Below are positions 46,874 through 56,804 of a stretch of 61,861 nt of DNA, piece by piece (positions within the stretch are counted from its first letter, which is position 1; each line of letters starts with the position of its first letter). The position numbers were made by a program, and so were the translations under genes. The notes under the pieces were generated by a model. It did no database searches, had not been told where the DNA came from, and saw only the letters and a program-made list of their open reading frames with translations. The stretch covers positions 1-61,861 of the IMG/VR virus record IMGVR_UViG_3300020405_000676. One strand, 5' to 3'. Source of the stretch: a virus. Its lineage: Duplodnaviria; Caudoviricetes.

Positions 46874-47890
46874 TTATGAACTACGGTTTCTAATCATGTT
46901 CAGAATATCATCTGCACTTGGTTTCTCGCCACTGGTTTCTGCTACTGGTTCAGCCTTAGGTTCAGCCGCAGTTGCTTGAGTTTCAACTGCTTCAGAAAGA
47001 GGGGCAGTTGGCTCTGCCTCTTTTTCAACTACCGGAGCCGGAGCCGGATTAGCCGCTGGTGCTTGTGCTGATTCTGTAGTTTTTTGCGTTGCTGTTTTAG
47101 GAACATCTACGCCGTAAGGCTTGTAGAAGTTACCCCATCTTTCAACATCATACAATTCACCGTCAACTGATGCTTGGAACATTTCAGCGATTGCTTGTAG
47201 TTCTTCTTCACCAGGTCTTTTTGGTAAAAAGTCAGATAAGTTGTAAAGACCATTTGAGTCAATAGCCGCAAGTTCATTTTCATCTAATGCTCTTTCTTTA
47301 CGAGCCCATTTAGATGTGCTGTAGTCTGCGTATTGACCTTTGGTTGTTTTAGTTACCCTAAAATCTGTACCATTCATATAATCAGTTGGCATGTTCTCCA
47401 TGTCTGGGTCCATCAATGCTGATTTAATAATGTTAAAGATTTGAGGTGAAATTACAAATCTCCTGATTGGATTTTCAGGTGATTCCTCTGAAAGAGGATT
47501 TTCTGTTACAAATCCTTGGAAAATGTATGAACGTTTTTTCCAATACTTTCTGCCCATATCTTCAAGACTTGAATCTTTAAACCAAGGACGAACCTCAGTT
47601 AATACAGGACATGTATCTCCATACATTTCTGCACAAGGTACTTGTACAGTTACGGGTTTCATATCGCCACCCTTAACACCTGGAAAAGTCAAACGTATCA
47701 TTTGTCTTTCAACCCAGAAAAATGTGTTATCTGGATCTTCATCAGGTAAGAACCTCAGTACTGCTGAAGTGCCTTCGTCGATATTCCAGTGTGGGTAAAT
47801 GGCGTTGTCTCCGCCGGATTGTGATTGGCTTCCGGAACTTTTACTTTCCATTGCCTGTAGTTTTGCTCTAATTTCTGCCAAAGATGCCAT
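46874..47890 (-). CDS. Single-stranded DNA-binding protein (T4 gp32-like)
   Basis: LRFLP, C...CP, YWKK, YADYSTS; directly upstream of uvsX. Confidence 0.88.
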   Translation of the reverse strand: MASLAEIRAKLQAMESKSSGSQSQSGGDNAIYPHWNIDEGTSAVLRFLPDEDPDNTFFWVERQMIRLTFPGVKGGDMKPVTVQVPCAEMYGDTCPVLTEVRPWFKDSSLEDMGRKYWKKRSYIFQGFVTENPLSEESPENPIRRFVISPQIFNIIKSALMDPDMENMPTDYMNGTDFRVTKTTKGQYADYSTSKWARKERALDENELAAIDSNGLYNLSDFLPKRPGEEELQAIAEMFQASVDGELYDVERWGNFYKPYGVDVPKTATQKTTESAQAPAANPAPAPVVEKEAEPTAPLSEAVETQATAAEPKAEPVAETSGEKPSADDILNMIRNRSS

Positions 47891-47904
47891 AATGTTTCTC
47901 CTTA

Positions 47905-47975
47905 TATGTTTGTGCCATGTTTGTAAACGAATTGTGTTTACTATGTGCCTAGTTTACTTTCTTTGTGCCATGTTG
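47905..47975 (-). repeat. Short direct repeats in the SSB leader
   Basis: AACATGGCACAAA twice plus CTAGGCACATA. Confidence 0.6.
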
Positions 47976-48013
47976 TCAACCTTTTTATACTACTGCTGAC
48001 AAGTAGTTAAAAA

Positions 48014-49282
48014 TTATTTATCAAAAATAACAAAACTGTCAATAAATTTTTCGTATTCTTTTGATTTGTTTTCTGCTAAATCTTCTGCCATTGCTACATT
48101 TGTAGGTTGTTGTGCAGATAATAAAGAAGCCTTAACTGCTCTATACTCCATAGGATCTAAACTTCCACCATCTGATAGTTTACTTCCAATGCTACCTAAG
48201 TAATTAGCAAGTCTTTGATTAGCAACTACAGTACTTAATTGACTTACTTGATAACCTAATTTGCTGTGTGGATTTGCAAACTCTAAAGGATCTTCTTCAA
48301 TAACTTCTTTTGCACCTTCAAATGTTTCAGATTCTATAGCATTCATAATATAACTTTCAAATGCTGATTTTTTATTAACTAATTTTGAAAGTGTTTCATG
48401 TGCATTACCAACTTTGTTATCAAAATGTGTTTCAGTGAAATGGTCTTCTAAATTTACTTCATTTACAATTTCAATATTGTCATATTCATTTAAACTTTCA
48501 ACTGCTTTACTGTATGACTTTGCACCAGCAACTCTTTTGAATGTAGTTTTTATACTTTCAATATGTTCTTTTGCAAGTGTTACATATTCACTGTTTGCTT
48601 CATTTATTAGTCCTTTTGTAGAGACATATCTAACAAACTCTCTTAAAGTTCTAATATCTTTACACATTTGTACAATGCTTTCTCCAACTGTGTCATGCAT
48701 TGCTCCACCATTGTAAATATGTCTTGCCATTGCTCTTGCACCTTGTAAATTTTTACTTGGGAACAAGAAACGTTCTTCATTTGCTTGAATAAAAATCTTG
48801 CTAATGTTTCTGCTTCTAGCACCACGTATTTCTTCATTTACAGGTTTTGAATGTTTAACAACTATCTTAACACTATCAAGTGGTTGATAACTTGTTTTAA
48901 TTGATCCATATGATGAACCTAAACTTGCTTCTGTAATTCCTTCCATTTCTATCTCTTTATCAATATTGATTTTTTCACTAGTTGGTTTTAATGTTTTTCC
49001 AAATACTCTAAAATCCATTGTCATTAAGTGAGCTCTAGCAATATTATTAAGTTGTGACCTAATTGTATCTGTGTCTTTTGTATTCTCAGACACACTAAAA
49101 CGTATTTCTTCGTTAGGTACGTTTAGTGTAACAAGTAAATTAGGACTATCAACGTAAAATCTAATTGCGTCTGCAGGGTTACCAACAACTTCACCTACTT
49201 TATCAAAAGTATCAATTTCGTAACCATAGCCTTTTAATAAATTAAAGACTTTGTCTGCTACTGTTTTTACACTTATTGCCAT
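48014..49282 (-). CDS. Hypothetical late protein
   Basis: 422 aa; late box 49301-49308; SD AGGAG. Confidence 0.8.
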   Translation of the reverse strand: MAISVKTVADKVFNLLKGYGYEIDTFDKVGEVVGNPADAIRFYVDSPNLLVTLNVPNEEIRFSVSENTKDTDTIRSQLNNIARAHLMTMDFRVFGKTLKPTSEKINIDKEIEMEGITEASLGSSYGSIKTSYQPLDSVKIVVKHSKPVNEEIRGARSRNISKIFIQANEERFLFPSKNLQGARAMARHIYNGGAMHDTVGESIVQMCKDIRTLREFVRYVSTKGLINEANSEYVTLAKEHIESIKTTFKRVAGAKSYSKAVESLNEYDNIEIVNEVNLEDHFTETHFDNKVGNAHETLSKLVNKKSAFESYIMNAIESETFEGAKEVIEEDPLEFANPHSKLGYQVSQLSTVVANQRLANYLGSIGSKLSDGGSLDPMEYRAVKASLLSAQQPTNVAMAEDLAENKSKEYEKFIDSFVIFDK

Positions 49283-49307
49283 TTATTTATCTCCTACTTG
49301 TATTTAT

Positions 49308-50909
49308 CTAAAGTAGTCCAATTGGCATTGGTTCATCATATTCGTCAAACGGCTCATCATCAGAACGGTCAAGTTCTCCATCGCCTCTAATGTTCTGATT
49401 TACTACGTCAAATATGTCATCTTCAAATGTAGAAATATAATTTACCATTCTACATGCAATAACCATACTCATTACTAAGTCATCTGTTTCTCCAGGTTGT
49501 GCAGAAAAACTATTGCCTCTAGCAACAAAACATTTTAATTCTCTTAAAAATGCTTTACTATATACTTTTAATTTATTTTGTTCTATAAATCGTTTTAATG
49601 TTATACAACCATCCATTTTAGTTTTAGCACTTGTATGAAATCCTTTACGTCCACGTTTGCCTTGAACTTTTACAGGATCATGTAACATTTGACCTGGAAA
49701 ATTTTCTTCACCTGTGTCTCGTATAACAACAAGTGCGGCTTCACCAATTGTGTTATTTTCCACTGTCCAGTAAATTTCTCTCGGTTCATATGCTTCTATT
49801 TCTTTTAAAATTTCTCGTAATGTTCTAACTTGTCCTTCAACAGGTGTTTTATTGTGACACCATTCTCCTACTTGTTTCATAGTAGGTAATTCAACTACCT
49901 GTATTGCGGCATTATCTCCACCTGTACCTGCACAAGGATCTAATGTTACAACATACATATTATCTTTCTTGGGTCTAGAGTACCAACGAACTTCTCCTGT
50001 TCTATACAAGGTGTCTGTGTGCTTCATATTAGCCAAACATAAAGCATCAATTAATGTTTCGTTGTATATGATGAATTCACATTCATGTTCTCTTCTAAAA
50101 CGTTCTTCACCAATTCTGCCCATTTCTTCTTCGGCCCATTTATCATCTCTATCTGGATGTTGATGCCATTTAGCAAGATAACCTTTAAATCCATTTATAC
50201 CTACATCTTGTTCATTACCATATTCATCTACTGTTTTTTGAGACTGATGCCAAATACCAGCAAAAGTATCATCGTCACTATTTGGTGTTGAAGTAACAAT
50301 ACATTTACCACCTGTTGCTAATGTTGGTGAAAGAGATGTCCAAAACTCAGCCGCGATACGTGGCGGTACGAATGCAAACTCATCTAAGTAAACTAATGTA
50401 AGTGACATACCCCTACCAGTGTTTTCAGTTGTTGTACTACTAACTATACGTGAACCATTATCAAATGTAATACTTCCTTTGTTATATTCTACAACTCCTG
50501 CTCTAATATGATTAGGTATAGTTTCGTATGCATATCTAATACGTTGCATAATTTCACTGGCACCTGCCGCCTTATGAGCCGCTACTAATATTGTACTGTC
50601 TGGTTTAAACATAGCAAACCATAGTAAGTATCCTGCGGCTACAGTAGTTTTACCCATCTGTCTGCCCAGCATATTAATACTGTATCTATGTTCGTTGTAG
50701 TTTTTTACTAAGTCTTCTTGATAATCAAAAGGTACAAATTTGATTCCACCTCTTGTTGGGTGCTGTATTCTGACATACTGCTTCATAAAGAACATAGGAC
50801 CGTCAATAGGATCACAACATTGCTGAAACTCTCTCAGCATGTCTTGGTCATATAATTCTTTAGAGTAAGCAGATTTTACTAACTCAGTATTTACCGTTCC
50901 TTTTGGCAT
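49308..50909 (-). CDS. Terminase large subunit (gp17-like)
   Basis: RQMGKTT, YLDEFAF, TSTPN, FRREH, LDP, VENN, DDLVMS. Confidence 0.96.
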   Translation of the reverse strand: MPKGTVNTELVKSAYSKELYDQDMLREFQQCCDPIDGPMFFMKQYVRIQHPTRGGIKFVPFDYQEDLVKNYNEHRYSINMLGRQMGKTTVAAGYLLWFAMFKPDSTILVAAHKAAGASEIMQRIRYAYETIPNHIRAGVVEYNKGSITFDNGSRIVSSTTTENTGRGMSLTLVYLDEFAFVPPRIAAEFWTSLSPTLATGGKCIVTSTPNSDDDTFAGIWHQSQKTVDEYGNEQDVGINGFKGYLAKWHQHPDRDDKWAEEEMGRIGEERFRREHECEFIIYNETLIDALCLANMKHTDTLYRTGEVRWYSRPKKDNMYVVTLDPCAGTGGDNAAIQVVELPTMKQVGEWCHNKTPVEGQVRTLREILKEIEAYEPREIYWTVENNTIGEAALVVIRDTGEENFPGQMLHDPVKVQGKRGRKGFHTSAKTKMDGCITLKRFIEQNKLKVYSKAFLRELKCFVARGNSFSAQPGETDDLVMSMVIACRMVNYISTFEDDIFDVVNQNIRGDGELDRSDDEPFDEYDEPMPIGLL

Positions 50910-50943
50910 ACTGTTATTTAGTTATTTTTTGGGGGAAAAATGC

Positions 50944-51867
50944 TTAGGATTGACTATTGCGTAGATAATCTTTAAGTCTATCCCTAATAATATTAGTTAA
51001 AACTTGCTTTTCGTCTTTTGGTTGTTCACCACTATTGTATGGATTTACAGGTGCATCTGGCATATCTACTTTTACAATTTTCATAGGTTCTTTAGGCATG
51101 TCATCATGTTCTGGCTCACCGCTTGGCAATGTAATTCCAACTTTTCTTAACAATACTTTAAGTTCATCAATTGTTTCTGCACTTGCTTCTACTGAAACTG
51201 AGCCGGTGCTAGTTGAATGATGTTTTTCATATTTGTGGCTTTCTTGTTCATCTGCTTCTGGCTCATCACCACATACATCACAATGACCTTCTTCAATGGA
51301 TTCTTGTTGTTCATCGCCTACGCCATGTCCATGTTTAAACCAAGATTCTAATTCAGCCTGCATGTCTTGTTCTTCTGGTTCAAAGTATGTGAAGTCATCT
51401 GCTACTTTTTTGCTTTCACCTTCTGGTGATGTGATTGTAAGAATATGTTTTGTATAACCGCTTGGGCCTTCGCCATTGTATTCTAATGTATAAGAGTACT
51501 CGCCTACTGCTTCGTCAAGTTCTCCTGCATTTAATTTAGCAAGTAATTCTGATGTAATAGGCTCATCTTCTACTTTGGCTCTGTTTTCATCTGGTTTTGG
51601 AATCATTAATGCAACTGCTTTGTCAAACAATTCATGTGCATCGTCTTCGTTTGCAAAACCATATTCGTCAGCAAAGTCTACTGAACTAGAAGCATATAGG
51701 TCATCTAAATCTAAATCTTTTATTGTTTTTAGTTTACTAGCAACTTCTTCAGGTGTTTTACCTAATTCTATTGTTTCGTTGTCAATAAATAATTCTAGTC
51801 CACCATTTTCTGCACCAAGTACACCTCTGGCTTCCATTAATTTTATATGCTTCTTCAAGTTTGACAT
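50944..51867 (-). CDS. Hypothetical acidic late protein
   Basis: 307 aa, modular, several (L/I)xE sites. Confidence 0.75.
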   Translation of the reverse strand: MSNLKKHIKLMEARGVLGAENGGLELFIDNETIELGKTPEEVASKLKTIKDLDLDDLYASSSVDFADEYGFANEDDAHELFDKAVALMIPKPDENRAKVEDEPITSELLAKLNAGELDEAVGEYSYTLEYNGEGPSGYTKHILTITSPEGESKKVADDFTYFEPEEQDMQAELESWFKHGHGVGDEQQESIEEGHCDVCGDEPEADEQESHKYEKHHSTSTGSVSVEASAETIDELKVLLRKVGITLPSGEPEHDDMPKEPMKIVKVDMPDAPVNPYNSGEQPKDEKQVLTNIIRDRLKDYLRNSQS

Positions 51868-52562
51868 TAGTTTCTTCTTGCACTTTGACTAATTACATCA
51901 ACATGCTTAGGCTCTGGAGATTTACCACCACCTGCTGTGCCTGTAATTGTGTCATATAGTCCTTTAAGACTGTCTCCCATAATTTCATCTTTTGAAGGAT
52001 AATTACGGAAATAGTCTGCACCTTTTTCTGCTTTGATTTTTTCTAATTCTGCTAAAAACTTGGAGTTATATTCTTCGCCAAACAATGCTTCACTAAAATC
52101 GACATCAACATTTTCGTTTTCATAGTGGGCGAATTCTTCTTTGTTAAGTTCTGCATCTTCTTCAGATACAAATCTATCTTTATCCATTTCATGCCTTTCT
52201 GCGGCTAAATCTGATTCTATTTTTCTAGGCTCTTTAATACCATAACATAATACACGTTCATGGTCCACACCTAAGTTTACTGCAACGTAAACTTCTAATA
52301 TTCTATCGTTGACTGGATATTTTAGTACAACGTCTGTACTGCATACTTCACTTGTAAAATTAACACCTTTCAATCTTTGAAATTCCATTGGATTTTCTTG
52401 AATAGGTTGTCTATTCCAAGGAGTAGCACTAACAATATTGTACTTAGACAATATTGATTCTAATTTTGCTAAATCATCAGCGGAGCAATCTCTTGCGACT
52501 TTAATTTTATAGCCATACTCTTTGCTGAAAGATTCGTTAATGATGTCTTTAAGTTCTCTCAT
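51867..52562 (-). CDS. Hypothetical late protein
   Basis: Start reassigned to ATG 52562 (MRELKDIINE), SD AGGAG, late box 52586-52593. Confidence 0.78.
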   Translation of the reverse strand: MRELKDIINESFSKEYGYKIKVARDCSADDLAKLESILSKYNIVSATPWNRQPIQENPMEFQRLKGVNFTSEVCSTDVVLKYPVNDRILEVYVAVNLGVDHERVLCYGIKEPRKIESDLAAERHEMDKDRFVSEEDAELNKEEFAHYENENVDVDFSEALFGEEYNSKFLAELEKIKAEKGADYFRNYPSKDEIMGDSLKGLYDTITGTAGGGKSPEPKHVDVISQSARRN

Positions 52563-52584
52563 AGTATAAACTCCTGTTATGTAC

Positions 52585-52601
52585 TTATTTATCATAAATA
52601 A
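52585..52601. promoter_or_regulatory. Back-to-back divergent late-promoter boxes
   Basis: Palindrome TTATTTAT-C-ATAAATAA between divergent genes. Confidence 0.6.
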
Positions 52602-52608
52602 CAAAAGT

Positions 52609-53244
52609 ATGCAGTTTAAACTTAGCAAAAATAATTTCAACGGGTTCGCCACATGGGGAGTTGCCTTAGAAAATCAGGTATGTCCAAGTCCAGATATGCT
52701 AGATAGATTTGACCAAAGCGGTTATGATTTATGTAAATTAGAACAAGAATATGCAAAAGCAAATTTAGGTTCGCATGATTTAATGCGTTACAAAGCATGT
52801 ATTAAACAAGATTGGTTTACAAGTGAACAGTCTCACAAAGGTGTACACATTAATCATTCTGATTTATATGAGCGTAAAAGTTACCACGGATACGCTCTAG
52901 AACAACTTTGTAATTGGGTACCAGGAAACAATTTATTATGGAAAATGATTAAATTAAAACCTAAATGGGGAATTGATATGAGCATTGACTATGTAGACAA
53001 CAACGGACATGTTATGGAATTGTTTCATTATGAATGGGACGACACAGAATTAGATACTGTATTAGAAAAAAAAGAAATTATTGAATCAGTTGTTTTAAAT
53101 AATGATTGGGAAGATATTGCTAAAACTAAGTTGCAAAGAAAAGATGAATGGCAACATTTGGATTTTACAGGTCAAAGCGAATGGACTACAAACTTTTTAG
53201 GACTACCAAAAGAAAGATTTAAATTAGTACCTTGGAAAATTTAA
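52609..53244 (+). CDS. Hypothetical protein
   Basis: Start reassigned to ATG 52609; fills the gap; preceded by CATAAATA. Confidence 0.75.
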   Translation: MQFKLSKNNFNGFATWGVALENQVCPSPDMLDRFDQSGYDLCKLEQEYAKANLGSHDLMRYKACIKQDWFTSEQSHKGVHINHSDLYERKSYHGYALEQLCNWVPGNNLLWKMIKLKPKWGIDMSIDYVDNNGHVMELFHYEWDDTELDTVLEKKEIIESVVLNNDWEDIAKTKLQRKDEWQHLDFTGQSEWTTNFLGLPKERFKLVPWKI

Positions 53245-53753
53245 TCGTCTTTATTGTTGATTATTTTAAGCAATTCATTTCTGTCTAGCATTTTATTACC
53301 ACCGTTTTCATTAGTAGTGTATTCTCCAGCATTATTATCAAGCCTTGCTTTTTTAATCATCATGTCTATTTGTCTTAATTTAGAATTTATTTTGCTGTCT
53401 TTGGCATCAAGAGCAGTTTTTAACATCTTTGCGGCACTATCAAAAATACTGCCGGCATCTCTATCACTTACATTCATACCTAAATTCATAAGTTGTTGAT
53501 AACTGTCTACTGCTTGTTGAGCCAAATCATCCATATCTACGTCATGGTCTTCTACGCCTTGTACGTTTCTTAATGCATGGTCAATTTTTTCTGCTGTACT
53601 AAGTGCTGTTTCAACTTCCGCAACATCTATTTCAGTAATTTGATTGTTTTCATAAACAACATCATCATGATCCGGCATGTCAAACTTTTTATCAGACTTT
53701 TTTGCTTCTTCAATAGGAGGCAAATTGAATTCTTCTTCTAACTTCTTAGTCAT
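53241..53753 (-). CDS. Helical protein, possible terminase small subunit
   Basis: Size, coiled-coil core and position between gp4-like and gp17-like genes; no diagnostic motif. Confidence 0.45.
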   Translation of the reverse strand: MTKKLEEEFNLPPIEEAKKSDKKFDMPDHDDVVYENNQITEIDVAEVETALSTAEKIDHALRNVQGVEDHDVDMDDLAQQAVDSYQQLMNLGMNVSDRDAGSIFDSAAKMLKTALDAKDSKINSKLRQIDMMIKKARLDNNAGEYTTNENGGNKMLDRNELLKIINNKDD

Positions 53754-53774
53754 AACAGTATTTATTCCGAAGAA

Positions 53775-54848
53775 TTATGCTTTTAAAGGTTTACTGAGTT
53801 CTTCCCAACTAGTTTCATAATCACTATCACCATCTGCATAACCCATTACTCCAAGTTTTTCATACTCTGGTATTAAGTCATCATGCAATAAACCGATTTT
53901 TTTGAGGTTAGGCATAATTCTACTAAACAAAACATCTTGAAATTGTGTTTGAAAAATGTTTTCTTTTTGATATTCGTCAGTATATTCTAAATCCATACCG
54001 TATTTTTCCCAAACATCGTATGCTCTCAGTCTATTTCTGCTTACAGTACAGGCTTCTAAGGCAAATTGTGCTCTATCCATTACATCTTCTTCACTTAATG
54101 TTGTTACAAACTCAGTTAGATAATTTATTCCAAATGTAACGTGCCTTGCTTCGTCTCTAATAATATATTCTAACATTTGTTTGTACACAGGATCGTTAGT
54201 TCCTTCTTTGGCGGCATTAAAGGCGGCTAATGCCAATCCTTCAATTACAACTTGCATACCAATAAACTTTAAATCCCATCTTGGATCTGTTAAAATTTTA
54301 TCTAATAAACCTTTTAATGCTCTACCTATGGGCCAACTACGTTTTAAACGTTGTTGTAAGTATTTGTTAAATGCTTCAACATGCCTTGCCTCGTCGAATG
54401 TTTGACTAGCGGCGTAAAGTTTTGCGTTATAAGTAGGCGCACAACTGGCTAACTGCGATGCTACCAATAATGCTCCTTGCTCTCCGTGTAAAAATTGACT
54501 TGTTGCCCAACTGTTTAAGTCTTTAAAGAACTCTAACCTAGTTTCCTTATCAAATGTTTTAAATGTTGTATGATTATCCCATTGAGTATTCTCAAATTCA
54601 AACTCTTCGTCACCAATTCCTGTGAACTTAGGAGTCCAATCAACATCAACTTCTACATTCCAATTTAATTGTTTGCCTAATTCATATAACTTTTTAATTC
54701 TGTTGTCTTGTACTGTGTAATCCCAATTAAATGAACCAGTCAAAGGTGTTTGAAAAATCTCTACAACATCTGTAGGATCTAAATCAGCCGGAACATCTTC
54801 GTCAAACTCGATTACGTTCCTTGGAGTTTTTGTATATTTTATTTTCAT
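53775..54848 (-). CDS. Ferritin-like di-iron oxygenase (AurF-like)
   Basis: HGEQGAL, DEARHV twice, IEGLALAAF. Confidence 0.85.
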   Translation of the reverse strand: MKIKYTKTPRNVIEFDEDVPADLDPTDVVEIFQTPLTGSFNWDYTVQDNRIKKLYELGKQLNWNVEVDVDWTPKFTGIGDEEFEFENTQWDNHTTFKTFDKETRLEFFKDLNSWATSQFLHGEQGALLVASQLASCAPTYNAKLYAASQTFDEARHVEAFNKYLQQRLKRSWPIGRALKGLLDKILTDPRWDLKFIGMQVVIEGLALAAFNAAKEGTNDPVYKQMLEYIIRDEARHVTFGINYLTEFVTTLSEEDVMDRAQFALEACTVSRNRLRAYDVWEKYGMDLEYTDEYQKENIFQTQFQDVLFSRIMPNLKKIGLLHDDLIPEYEKLGVMGYADGDSDYETSWEELSKPLKA

Positions 54849-54855
54849 TATTCTC

Positions 54856-55317
54856 TTAACGCATTTTGCGTCTTGGCTTAGTTGTACGTTTAGGTTTTCT
54901 ATAAATTTGGTCTTCCGTAATTACTTTAAAGTGTATTCCTTTTGCTTTACACCAAGCATTTGCGGCTTCCCATTTTGCGGCATTTACTTGTGTTGCAAAC
55001 TTATCTCCTCTGCCTTTGGCATTTTCAACAATAGTTTGGCTTTTAGGTTTTATCTCTATAAGTTCAATTAACGTTTTACCATTTTTATCTTGATATTGTA
55101 CCATAAAGTCAGGTACATAATTTGTTATCTTTCCTGTAAAAGGGTGTCTGTATGGTATCTTGACATTCTCACTTGCCCATTTAAGTATATTTGGATGGCT
55201 ATCACAAAATCTCATGAATGCTGTTTCCCAACTGCTACGAGCAAATGGCATTTTACCACCAACATACTTGTCTGGATTCTGAACTACATATTGTCCTTGA
55301 GAGTATCGATTTGACAT
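54856..55317 (-). CDS. Head-completion nuclease (T4 gp4 / TnsA-like)
   Basis: NPDKY, RSSWE, WASE, YVPDF, EIKP, AKWEAA. Confidence 0.92.
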   Translation of the reverse strand: MSNRYSQGQYVVQNPDKYVGGKMPFARSSWETAFMRFCDSHPNILKWASENVKIPYRHPFTGKITNYVPDFMVQYQDKNGKTLIELIEIKPKSQTIVENAKGRGDKFATQVNAAKWEAANAWCKAKGIHFKVITEDQIYRKPKRTTKPRRKMR

Positions 55318-55325
55318 AACTATCC

Positions 55326-55760
55326 TTACGGTCTAATTAGGTCTGAGATTTTACTATATTTGTTTTGTTTTTCTACACTCAAACCAACTAAATTACCTTT
55401 CGGTCTAATTTTATTTAGTGCTTTATAAGTGTTTTCTGCTAATTTTATGCTGTCTTCATTCAATTCAAAGTATGATATAGGATGTACACCTTGAATATCT
55501 GCAATTTTTATTAATGCTATTGCTAAAGTGTTTGCTGTGACTTTGTTAAACCCAACACTTTGCAAACGACCTTTAACCATATCTATTCTTGTAGCATCCA
55601 TTCCACGTGATGCATTTTCGTCTAGCATTCCTGTAAGCACATCTACACTTGCTTCAGGCAAAGGAAAATTTATTGTACTGTTTTGTAAAAATTGTACAAC
55701 CTTATTACGTCTTACTTCGTAACTTGGTTCATTACCAAATGTTTCGTATAAACTTTTCAT
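55326..55760 (-). CDS. Hypothetical protein
   Basis: 144 aa in the tail operon. Confidence 0.7.
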   Translation of the reverse strand: MKSLYETFGNEPSYEVRRNKVVQFLQNSTINFPLPEASVDVLTGMLDENASRGMDATRIDMVKGRLQSVGFNKVTANTLAIALIKIADIQGVHPISYFELNEDSIKLAENTYKALNKIRPKGNLVGLSVEKQNKYSKISDLIRP

Positions 55761-56779
55761 TAATTACCACCTGCCGTTTTCCAAAAATCATTATCTTGAT
55801 TTGTTCCAAGTCTTGCAGTCTCTCCGCTGTTTTGGTCAACAGGAGCAAGAAATCCTAATTCACGTTTTCTTAATGCTGGTTGGTTCCTTGTATCTTTACT
55901 TGCATTCTGACTTACTGGTGAGTTTTCATCCAGTGGACCACCATCTCTTAATCGTTTATAACTATCTTGTGAACCATATGTAACAAATCGTTTCATATCT
56001 TCTTCTGCTATAAAACCATTTACTACAGGATTGATTGAAAAGTTTTCGTATTGGATATCCATATTAATCATAACAGGATCACTTGCGGCATGGTCAAAAC
56101 CTTCCACAGTAAAGTTTGTTACGATTGGATTAAACAATGTGTACTTCATGGCTCTTTGAGCATGATAGTAAACAATGTCTATGTGTGATACAAAATATTT
56201 TTCATTCCCAGGTCTAAGATTATAACCTTGATTGTTGTCTGAATATCCTAAATTAAATCCATATGTAGGACCATTTTGACTACCAGTTGGTATTTTATCA
56301 GGTACTACATCATAAGGAATTTTTCTAGGTGTTGCATTATTATTAACATCAATATCAAATTGTCCTAGAGGGTTTGAAAATAAATGTGCATACATTCTCA
56401 TCAATAAAATTACCCAAGCACTATCCACTGTGTCATAAGCCGCTAATGAAATAGGCTTATACTCAGCATGAGTTATAGTTACTCGCTTTTTATTGTACTG
56501 ATTTTTGACATCCGTCTGAATTTCTGCACTTGGTACTTCAGAGTTTTTAATCAAACTACTGAGTACAGTTGGAACACCTGCTTCTCTCATGTCGGAAATA
56601 CCGGGAATGTCAATATCACCATTAAAGTGAAAATTGACATACCCGTTAAATTTCTGTCTTACAGGGTTGTTTACTGGGCTAAAAGGTTTAGCATGGTTAA
56701 CATCAAATGCAAAATAATCTCCGTCCTTATATATTACATCGCCAATCAGTTTATTAACTAATATCTTATAAAGGTCCAT
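55760..56779 (-). CDS. Tail-tube-like / baseplate tube-initiator protein
   Basis: QYNKKR...YKPIS..YD...YTLFNP...YE tube-fold pattern; next to the tail tube. Confidence 0.65.
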   Translation of the reverse strand: MDLYKILVNKLIGDVIYKDGDYFAFDVNHAKPFSPVNNPVRQKFNGYVNFHFNGDIDIPGISDMREAGVPTVLSSLIKNSEVPSAEIQTDVKNQYNKKRVTITHAEYKPISLAAYDTVDSAWVILLMRMYAHLFSNPLGQFDIDVNNNATPRKIPYDVVPDKIPTGSQNGPTYGFNLGYSDNNQGYNLRPGNEKYFVSHIDIVYYHAQRAMKYTLFNPIVTNFTVEGFDHAASDPVMINMDIQYENFSINPVVNGFIAEEDMKRFVTYGSQDSYKRLRDGGPLDENSPVSQNASKDTRNQPALRKRELGFLAPVDQNSGETARLGTNQDNDFWKTAGGN

Positions 56780-56804
56780 ATTTTGCTCTTACGTTAATTA
56801 ACTA

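Noticed and set aside
47905-47975. Sigma54 promoter (TGGCAC)
   Set aside because: No TTGC -12 element at the required spacing
823-50909. Introns or inteins in nrdA, nrdB, helicase, uvsX, terminase
   Set aside because: All are uninterrupted and of normal length
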